64,000 bases of DNA from the human T2T-CHM13v2.0 reference genome, Homo sapiens, in NCBI RefSeq assembly GCF_009914755.1, contig NC_060935.1; one strand, written 5' to 3'. Within the stretch, counting starts at the first letter, position 1; every line of letters starts with the position of its first letter. The notes beneath the pieces are model-generated. The model was not told where the DNA came from. It ran no database searches and saw only the letters and a program-made list of their open reading frames with translations. Position numbers and translations under genes: made by a program. Shown piece after piece: positions 47,566 to 64,000 of the stretch.

Positions 47566-50177
47566 TTTTTTTTTGTTGTTGTTTGTTTGTTTGTTTTTTG
47601 TTGTTGTTGTTGTTGTTTTCAAGTTACCTTGATCCTGGGGCATTAAAGAGACAGCAGGTCACTCCTTGGCTTATAGCGATGTCTTACCCAGTTCTGCGTC
47701 CAGGAGAGTTTCCCCTCTCCCGTTATTCTGCCCTGTTTCTCTTCTACTCTGAAGGTGGCCCAGCCAGGTCTGGGCGACAGGCTTTGGGGGCGGTTTCAAT
47801 GACTGCGAATCAATAAAACCACCTGCCTCCCTGTGCACACGCGTGCAGATCTTTTGCACATATCAGATACTCAACCCTGGGAAGATGGAAGACAAGCCAT
47901 GCCTCAGTTTCCTCATCTGTAAAATGTGGAAAATCAGCGTTCTCACCTCAGAGGGCTTCTGGAATAGTTACATGAGAGAATGTGCGTTCAGCCCTTAGAA
48001 CGGGCAGGCACACGGTGATGTGTGCCCACAGCCATCGCTGGCTGAGTGGTGTGACTACCCAGCTTGAGTGCAGGGCTGGGGAGCCAGGTCCTGGCGTCTC
48101 TCACCACTGAGGGAATGTGGGTGATTTGCTGAGCCTCTCAGGACCCGATGTCTGCCTTCATTGCTTGCTAGGGAATTAGAAGAATTAGACATGTAAAGTG
48201 CCCGGTGTCTTATCCACGGGCTGTGAGCTGGCAGGATCGCCAGTACCTCTCCAGATAAAAGTCATCGCTGCCACGTTCATTAGGTGCTGGCAGGAGCGGG
48301 TTTGGTGCAGGGTGGGGCTGCTTTGCAAGGCTGATCGTCTTTTCTTCTCACCCAGCCCTGCAGGGTGTGGCCCTGCTGGTCATCACCATTTTACAGAAGA
48401 ATTAACCCAGACTCAAAGCCTCTGAGCAGCTCACTCAAGGTCATGGAACTAGCAAAGAGCTAAGCCAAAACTCAAACTCCTGCTGTGTACGCCAAAGTCA
48501 GGCCCCTGACCATGCTGCTGTCTGCCTCAGTTTCCCCTGCAGCAAAATGGAGCTGGTGGTCTGGACCTTGTCTGCCTCAGAGGGATGTCAGGGGCTCAAA
48601 CTGTGCAGGTGAACTCTTCTGTCAGCATCAGAGTGGGGCTTAAGCTCCATGAATTGATATCATAACCCCAGTTGATTTGTTCATTTGGAGGATCACAAAA
48701 CAGACCACCAAGCCTCCAACTCCCGGCAGTCTCTTTAATATTTCAAATAAAAAATGGTCAGAGCCAGAAGGGACTCACCTAAGGGCTGCTAAAGTGACCC
48801 ATTCCTTGCACAGAAGCCAGTGGAAGGCCAAGAAGGAAAGGGCTCCCCCATGTTACCTAAGGACCCACCTTTCCCGCTCAGGGGTCTGGCACCCCGTCAG
48901 CTGAGTGAGCCTTTATGGAGTGCCTGCTCAGGAGAGTCATGGGATCTAGGGACAGGGTCATTTCAGCCGAGACCTAAAGAAAGGGTGAGTAGGAGCCAGC
49001 CAAGGTGGAAGAGTGGGAGCTTCAGGAAGCCAGTGTGTGGAAGCTGGGTGGGTGCATGAGGTCAGAGGGATGGGCAGGACTTTGTGGACCCAGGAAGGGT
49101 TTCAGCTCCCTTTGAGGGGTGCTGAAAGCCAGGGTGCCATGGGCTCAGCTCACCCCATGGGGCATGCCAGGGAATCCTTGAGGTCACAACCTTCCCCAGC
49201 AGAAGGAGCACCCCACAGGCCTGGTGGGCTGACCCTCAGGGTGGTGGGGTTGTGCCTCCTCCCCACTTGCTTCTTCCCGTCCCTCCTCCTCAGGGTCTCC
49301 CAGCAACATGGAAGAGAAGCCCACTTTCCTCCCTGACACCACCACTGGGCATGGGATTCCACCTGTCTCCATGAGAGAAGATGGGAAATACCAGTGGGGA
49401 AGCAGAGAGGCTCCCCATTCTCCAGATTTCAGACCACAGGCCCCTCAAGGGAAGCATCCTGGTAGGGAGGAGGTGGAAGAAAAGTTCTATTCAAAGTCAG
49501 TCTTGGCAACTGTACCCTCCCTCCCCCCTCCCTCTCCCTGGATGGACTCGAGGCCTGGGGAAGGCCTGACCACCCGGCCCTGGCTGTGTGAGACATCCAT
49601 GCCTCAGGCGGGTTCCTTCTCTTTCCCCCTGTCTCCCTCCAGGACAGCAAAGCCAGGTTCCATCCCACCCCCTGGAAGAGGTGTTGCCTGAGGACTAGAT
49701 CTAGGGGGGACCCTAAGAAAGGTGTCTATGGTGGCACCTGGATGGGAACATTCTGGAGTCTTGCCATTGGGATTGAGAGGGATGCTCAAGTGATCATAGG
49801 ACAAAAACTAGAATGAAGCTTTGGGGCCCACCCTCCCCTATCAGGGAGGAGTCCCTTGTTCACACAGAAGTCACGTCTCCTTTGCTCTCGGGTAGTTCTG
49901 AACTTGGTGTTATAACATGTGGGTTTGTAAATCTGGATCACTGAAGGCAGGATGCACCCACCCCTTCACTCAAATTTGGATTTAGATTGACCTTGGTCTG
50001 AAAAGCATTACTTGATTCTTGGGACATATGTGTGTTTCTTTGTCCAAGAAGATAGGAGATCAGATGAGAGGACTTCAGCAGGGACAAGGGCTCAGAGGGA
50101 TAAGGATAATCTCTGGTACATTTTAACTATGAATGATTTAAAATACTCTTACTCTTTTTTGTTGTTCTTGTTCTTGG

Positions 50178-53016
<2,839 letters not shown>

Positions 53017-53519
53017 AAAGGTCTTTTTTGCCAAGAACAATTAATTATACCAGTTACTTTTTTACTTGGAGGAGACTTATTAAACCTGATATAATGAAAA
53101 TGGGGAAGACTGGGAATGAAACTGTTGCTAATTTCAACATGGCTTCGCCAGTACTATAGTGATACAAAGCTTCCAATGCATTGCGGGTTTATATCTATTT
53201 CTTTCCGAACCTTGCAGCTGCAGACACAACCTAGGCAACACTTAGACAGCTTTCCCCGTATAGCCACAGAATCAGTAAAGCCAGTTTTCTCAGTGACAGC
53301 CATGTGCCACTTACCATTGGAAGACCTCGGATTGTATTTTCCAATTCAAACAAGTGAGTTAATCTGCGTCTCCAGAGTATACCCCCTGCTTCTGATTTCT
53401 GACTCTATGAAGTAGGAGGAGATGCAGACATGAAGAGAAAGGGCCAGATCCCTGCCTGGAGCTGGGCACCTGGCGACTTCTAGGCTCACCAGGATTTTTG
53501 CCTCCTTTCCTGGGCCTCT

Positions 53520-54370
<851 letters not shown>

Positions 54371-56806
54371 AATGCATCTTTGTCAAGGGCATGGGTTTGG
54401 GAGGCACAGGTCACTGAAAGAAATAGGCAGGTCCCTGGCCCTCCACTCCCAAGGCATCTGTTAGGAGCTCTCCAGGGCAGGCCAAACGGGTGGCCACTTC
54501 TGACGCCACCCTGCACCCTCCCCGGGCTGCTTCCAGGCCTGAGAGAGCTGGAAGGAGTGTCGGCTGCTGGTCCACATTGCAGCTTTGTTTGGTGCCCTGA
54601 GGCTCTAGCACCTAAGGAGCACTCCTTTCTTTTGTAAAGTGGGAGAAAGAGCCTGTGAAAGGGAAGGTGGGGAAAGGGAACCGTGGCTGGGTGCTCTGTT
54701 CCTCCCATTCACCAGGCAGGAGGAAGTGGGGGCTCCAGCTGCGGGTGTGGCCTTGGGATGGAGCAGAGACTCTTTGGAGAACTATTCCTTCCCCTATGTG
54801 CCCATCAGACCTCAGCTCAACCTTGACCTTTCTGGGAAGCTTTGCCTGACTTCTCAAGTCCAGTCGCCTATCACAAGGTGATCACAGGACAGTCCAAACT
54901 GGGCCTTTTCAGAAAGAAAGGAAGTGCCCCTCACTATTACCCTGGGACGAGGGGTGCACCCCTGCACAGTTCCAGGCAAGCAGGACTGGGGCCACCTGAC
55001 CTGTTCCACTCTCACCACCACGCACCCTGAGCCCGAGAGCAGCCTGCATGGCCAGCTCATGCTCTCGGAGCGCACCAGGAGGGCTCGGGGAACTCACCTG
55101 TGCCTGGACACCTGCAGCACTAGGGCCTCGATTCACCCAGTGATCAGCTGTGCATGAAAAGGCTGATGTTCTGTCTCCGAGGCTGGTGGCGTAAAGGACT
55201 GCATTTGACCCTGAGGGGCCCACAGGATGGGGCGGATAGCAGCAGGATCCAGCAATGCTGGGTAGAGGGCGAGGGTGCAGGGAAGACGGCCCAGTCCTTG
55301 GACACATGCCCCCCATCAGCCTGCCAGTGGGAGCCCCGTTTCCCATTCACTCACGAACCCCAAGAGGTGGGCGGGGATGATCCATCTCAGTTCACCAGTA
55401 AAGAAACTGAGGCCCAGAGAGGAGGTGACTTCCCCAAGCATACGTGACAGGTACCAAGTGGTGTCTTAAAGTCAGCGTGGGCAAAGGAAGACCTCACTGA
55501 GTCAGTGTCCTGGAAAATTCCTTCCAGAAGCCAATTCCCAGCAGGTCCCAGAGGCATTTTGCCCTCCAGGGTTGGCTATTTTTCTGGATGGGATGAAGCA
55601 GGCAGCTTGCCCTTAGGGACCACGCTGGATAAAAAGTACTCTCTGCACTGTGCACTCATCTATTGTGGGGAGGCCAAGCTGAGCCCTGCCTGGTGGAGTA
55701 AGGGCTCCCTCACCCCCTCTCCTATCCCCGCTCCAGGGCTCAGGGAACAGCAGGGGGAGTCACTCGTGTTAGTAAATTATTATTTCCCCACCTGCCATGG
55801 TCATCATGATTGCTGCCGTTGCATGGGGGGAGTTCACTGGTTCATTGCAGCCTCCAAGGCCTGTAAGGACCGCCTGGCTCTCCCTCACTCTGGGTGAGAC
55901 CTTGGGCAGATTCTGACCCTCAGTCTTCTCATTTGTGGGAAATCTTAGCACTCACTCACATCTTAGGGCAGTGAGGTGGCGGCTGATGTTAGGTGAACTC
56001 ACGCCTAAAAGAGCAGGCATCTATTCTGGTCTGCTCTCCCAAGCCAGTCCTGCCTCTCTCCATCAGCCTGCGGGGCTTCCCGCCTCTTTGAGGCCAGGGA
56101 TGCAGGGTCCTCGCAGGCAGCCAAGGGCCATTCCTGGGCCTCCGGCCTCAGTGACAAGAGGCTTTTTTCTGCCTCTGCCGCCTGCTCCCTGACATCCCAC
56201 GCGCCTGCCTCTAAGCCTGAGATGCGGCTTCTAAGCCGGGGCAGACCCAGCCTGCTATTCTGGGGTCTTCTTTCAACTATTTTGGCGAAGACCAAATGGC
56301 AGCCTCCTTTAAAATAGCTGCTGCAGGCCCAGGGGTCGTTCCCTGAGAACCAGGTCAGGCCAGGCCCGCACTTCTTCCTAGCAGCCCATTCAAGTTAAAT
56401 ACGGCCCCTGGCATCTGCAGCTTCGAGGAGGGCTCAGCTGAAATTCCGACGGGCAAACACGGGGCGGACACCAAAATAAAACCTGGCTGGCCCTCCGAGG
56501 TGCCTGTGGCTTCTCAGTTTCACAGACGTGCTTACGTTTTTCATGAAATCACAGGGCTAGTCGCAGGAGGTGGTGGGAGTGCCTAAGTCAATGAGGAGCA
56601 GTGGCCAGTCCCCCGGCCCCACGGTGGGTCACTCCATGAAGTCTACTTGGAAATGTGGGAACCCAGGAGCCCCTCACTGCGGCCGAATTCTCTGGGAGGC
56701 TGCAGCTCCCGGATAAATGAGTTCACCTCCCCTTGATTTCCAGGACCAGATGGCTGCTGGCTTTGCTCACCTAAATTGGGGTGGGCGGGGGGGGGTCCTT
56801 TAATAG

Positions 56807-57460
<654 letters not shown>

Positions 57461-60400
57461 CGAGCAGAAAGGACTCCCATGGATAAAGTGATGCCACTTC
57501 AAATTCTACTAAAGAGATGGCACCATGGTCCAAAGATAGCATATTGCCAAGTGACTCAGGTGTGTGTCCTTACTGCCTGGAAGATGAAGTGCTTAGGTGG
57601 TTTTACTGTCTTACGCCTCGCTCTGGGCTGCCCCCCTCCACATTCCCACCTTGGGAAGCCAGTCTCTGGACAAGTGCTCCTCAATGCCTCGGGTGGGTCC
57701 CAGCATCAGGACGACAATAAGTGGCAGCCGTGAACCCTCCAGAGCGATGGGAGCGGAAGCCTAGTGGGTGTGTGAGGCCTAGGAGCCAGCCTGGAGTGGG
57801 AACACGCCAACCTGCAAAGCCACTCTGGGTCTGTGAGCTCGAGACTGCGTCGCCTCCCTCTCTTACTGGCCTTGTGATGGCATCAGGTCTAGAGTCTAGG
57901 GAGTACCTTGCCCACTTTGAATCCTGGCGAGTCATTCAACAAATGTTGGCTGTACTTCTGTGGATGCAAGTTTGGCTCCAGGCAGTGTGGACAAAGCAGA
58001 AATGCCACCATGTCCACCGTGGGGAAGCTGACATCCCAGGGGAGAAGCAGACACAGAGCTAGGAATTACCTGTAGGGTGAGGATTAAGAAAGAGGAAGAG
58101 AGGGCTCTACAGGTAGGGTCTGAAGGAGACCAGTAGCCACTGACCTAGTCTAAGGGCCAGGGAGGTGTCCTCCAAGAAGTGGCATCTGGTGGACCTACAG
58201 CCGGGCTTGAGCGGTGACAGTGCTTCCAGGCAGGAAGCACAGCATGGGCAAAGGCCTAGAGGAGACACGAGCAGCCTTGCTTGGGGAAGCCCAGGCAGCA
58301 GCCTTGGGAGCTGAATCCAAGAGGCTGCGAGCTAGCAGGGCTTTAAAAAGCCTGGCTCGGCTGGGCTTGGGTTGGGGCCCAGTCAGCTTTGTGTCAAAAG
58401 CAGAGATTTCTGGTTGCTGCAAACACCTCCCAGGCGAGGCAGAGGCATGAGTCGCTAGCAAAAATTCTCCTTGAAACTAGTCACTGGTGCCAAGAAATAG
58501 AGAATCACGTTGCACATCAACCAGAAAGACAGCGGAGACCCGGGTACAGTGAGCCACAGGGAAGTGAACCTGGTAGTTCAGGGCAAAAGCCATTTTAAGA
58601 GGCTCACAAACAACCTGGGAGCAGGATCTGGACGCGCTTGTGAATTTCTCCTCTCATCTTTTCCTGTAGTCCCACCCATCCCAGTTGGCCGGCATGACTT
58701 TTTGGTAACTCATTTTCACAGAATCTTTCCAAAGCAGACAACGTTTCCATGAGAACATCATCTCTCTCTTGGAGGTTCGTATTTCATCAGTGAGTTTTAG
58801 GATTCATTGAATTTCCTCGTTGCTGTTACAAGTAGAGTGGGCCCGGGCCGAATTGGGAACAAATCAGACCGACTGCTGCTGGCCCAGGAATGAGTGTGAG
58901 CATCTGGGCCCTGGCCTTTAGTGGCCAAGGACGTGGGCCAGCACGTCAGCAGGAGTGAGGGTCACTAGCCTGGTGAGTCTGTGTGGCGGAAGTCAGTGGA
59001 ACCTCGGTTGACTGGCTGAGGCCACGCCGGGTGCTGTACACACATTGTGAGCTGGCTTGCTGCATTTTTAGAAGCAAACACATGGCCTCCTTGGTGGGAG
59101 ACCTCTGAGGGGCTCCACTTTGCTCATCGCTTGCTGTGTGACCATAGGCAAGTTACCCACCTTCTCTGAGCCTCACTTCCTCCTACCCTTGCAGTGAGGC
59201 CTCAACAAGAATGTGGACAAGGGAGGCAGGGTCCTGTGCATGGGCTGGTGGCATGGTCTGATCTCTATCTACCTGGCACCTTTTGGAGCCGGTGGGCATT
59301 TGCAGGCAGCAGGTCCTACCCTGGGTCACAGCAGAGGGGGCCCCCCAGGACCCATGGTGGTCCCTCTTCAGCACAGACGCATGTGCTTTGGATTGGGGGT
59401 AAGCACGCTCTTTGATATCCTCTGTCTTGCCCCCGGCCCCTAATTGTGCAACTCTGCTTCCCAGGACCCAGGGCCTGGGTGGAGGCGGGAGGGACCTAGG
59501 ACAGCCATCAGGTCAGCCTGTTGTCAGGGGTGCGGGGGCCAGAGCCAGAGGATGTTTGGTTTCTCACGAGCCATTGTAGTCCCAGGGGAGGGGCTGTTGG
59601 GCTCTGGGGATGTGGACACGCCAGAAGCAGTGACCGTGGCACTCCGAAGGGGCCCAGACTCTGTCCATCTTGATCACCCAGGCCAGGAATGTGGTGGCAG
59701 AAAGGCCGTCGAGATGAAGGCCCTGATAGGTCCTGGGGCGGGGGCAGGGGATCTTCCTCTTACAAAGGATGTGGGTCACGGTGAGTGGTCTTGCCACAAT
59801 GTGGGAGGACAAGCAACTCGAGGTGGCTCCTGAGAGATGGTCCTGAGGCAATCCGATCCTGTTGCTGCCTCCTTCACCCTCCGTGGCTCCCCAGTGCTGG
59901 ATAAGAAGGTCTGATGGGTTTGGCTGGACTCTGGCTGCCTCTGCATAGTTCCCCACCCACCACGACCATCTGGCCACACTGCACTCCTCAGATTCCATTT
60001 CTTCTCTGCACCCCCTGCAAAGGCTGTCCCCACCTTCTCTGATGCCACCATTTCAAAGGCATCTCATCTTTGAAAAGCTGCCTGGCTCTCGTCCTCCAGG
60101 GCCCAGCAGGGCCACCCCCATCAGCACCACCCCCATCAGCGCTCTACTCCAGCAGGTGATAACTGCTGGTCCATGGTCTGCTTCTCCCATGACATCCCAA
60201 CTCTTCAGTGTAGGGCCTGTCTGGCATAGCCAAGCCCTCCATAAATGTTTATTTGCTGAATTGACAGCTGGATGAATGAATCATCCGGCAAATACAACTT
60301 TTTCCCACTTAATAAATATATTCTACCATTTTCCCACAATATTAGATGATCTTTGTAAACATTGTGACTTCTGTCAAGAGAGCGGATATAATAGGCCATG

Positions 60401-60587
60401 GCTTATTTAACCACACTGCTCTGTTTCTAATATTAGATGATTTCCGAGTTTATTTCTATTATAAACAATGCTGTGATGAACATCTTTGTGTGTAAGTTTG
60501 TTTTTCTGTATTTTGGATGTGATTTTCTGAAGCAGAATCTCTGGATTTGGGGGCTATAAATTTAAAGTCCTCAAAAGTAAACAATAA

Positions 60588-61937
<1,350 letters not shown>

Positions 61938-62234
61938 TTAGATTTCTAGAAAAGTTACAAAGACAGTGCAGAGTTCCTGTATATCCCATGCTGAGTGTCC
62001 CATTATTAACACCTTGTGTTAGTGTGGTGCACTTATTATAATTAATGAACCAATATTGATCCATCATTATTAACTAAAGTCCATGCTTTACACAGAGCGC
62101 CTCAGTTTTTCCTTAATGTCCTCTTTCTATTCCAGGATCCAGCCAGGACACCAATCGCGTGTAGCTCTCTCATCTTCATGGGCTCTTCTTGGCTGTGACA
62201 GTTTATCGGACTTGCCTGGCTTGGATGACAGCTG

Positions 62235-62306
<72 letters not shown>

Positions 62307-62379
62307 TTTCTCTTTCTTTTTTTCCTTCCTTCCTTCCTTTTTTCCTTCCTTCCTTCCTTCTTTCTTTCTTTCTTCTTTC

Positions 62380-62382
<3 letters not shown>
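62235..62382 (+). repeat. (TTTC)n/(TTCC)n microsatellite derived from an Alu tail
   Basis: Directly visible; abuts an antisense Alu. Confidence 0.95.
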
Positions 62383-62913
<531 letters not shown>

Positions 62914-63760
62914 GATGGCAGTTTTGAGACAGTACTTGGTTTCCGTTCCTGCGCTGAAGGTAACTGTGGGGCTGAATGCGGCTCCATGAGTTGCTTTGAT
63001 GTTCGGGTTTTCTCCTCCGTGTCCCTTTATCTCCTGGGGGTCTTGGTAGCTTTCCTAGAAATGTGAGCGGCTGTAGAGGTTGTCAACATGAGCCCTTTCC
63101 TGTCCTGAGCAGCTCACACAGTTCATGCCGGTCTGTGGTCCTTTCACTTTGGGCCTGTCACCTGTCACTCCACGGTACTTGCTGATGACCTTTCCAGGAG
63201 ACGGGTGCTGGCGGTCTCGTGGGCCAAGCCCTGGGGATATTTCTATTCCTTGGTTCTGTGGGAGTCAGGGAGGGCCTGAGGGGAGCAGGGAGTGGAGGAA
63301 CCTTGAGGCAGGGAGGTAGTAGCTGCAGGAGCATCTCAGACAAACCCATTGAGAGCAGCGAGGGCCTCTTTTTCAGGGTGGGCCACAAGCAAGATCCCAA
63401 CGAAAAGTAGCGTGGCTTCTGTACCTGCCCATAGAGCCACAGCCCCAGAGTTAGCCCCTGACTACACTCAGAACAAAATGCAGAGTGCCTGGCTCAGCCC
63501 TGCAAAGGCTGCCCTGCCTGCCTCCGTCATCCCAGCCCCTCTGCAGGTCCGAGGCAGCCTCCCTGCTGGCCTGGCTGCCCAGGGCCTGGGCTAGAACTCC
63601 TGCGCCCCAGGGCCTTTGCAAATGACGGACACCCTCCCTGCAGGGAGGCTCCTTCTTGCCACTGGGGTCTTCGCTTGATGTCACCTCTCTAGGCAGGTTT
63701 TCCTGGTCAAATTGCCACCTGTCTCCCCTGCTGTGTCCCTCTTGTCTGCTCAGGTTTTAG

Positions 63761-64000
<240 letters not shown>

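Noticed and set aside
48435-48443. TCAAGGTCA (ESRRB/NR5A2 motif)
   Set aside because: Lies in MIR-like sequence whose consensus carries caaggtca; no supporting context.
60113-60141. Short direct duplication of caccccatcagc
   Set aside because: Trivial slippage duplication with no functional indication.

Overview
Primate (human-like) genomic DNA, Alu-dense and GC-rich. The only protein-coding gene I can support is FGF4 (HST1/K-FGF) on the minus strand: three coding exons (42006-41667, 41049-40946, 40407-40231; 340+104+177 = 621 nt, 206 aa). It has a TATA/CCAAT/GC-box promoter in a CpG island and a long 3' UTR containing the classic SOX2-OCT4 composite enhancer. From established synteny this is the 11q13 FGF19-FGF4-FGF3 cluster; neither neighbour is in the window. 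A full-length, stop-disabled processed pseudogene of the short DNAJB6 isoform lies near the left end, with two Alus in its 3' UTR. The rest is mostly Alu, MaLR (MLT1/MST) LTRs, L1/L2 fragments, DNA-transposon MITEs (MER53, MER2, MER44, MER30) and purine-rich microsatellites. Nearly all ORFs in the supplied track are artefacts of repeats or GC-rich DNA. I found no evidence of a new multi-gene system. The best leads are a 154-codon strong-Kozak ORF and a perfect DR1 in the FGF4 3' UTR, a 4-codon uORF, a motif-dense candidate enhancer near 14.2 kb, closely spaced inverted Alu pairs, and nested or deleted repeat structures. Repeat subfamily names and boundaries are by eye and approximate.
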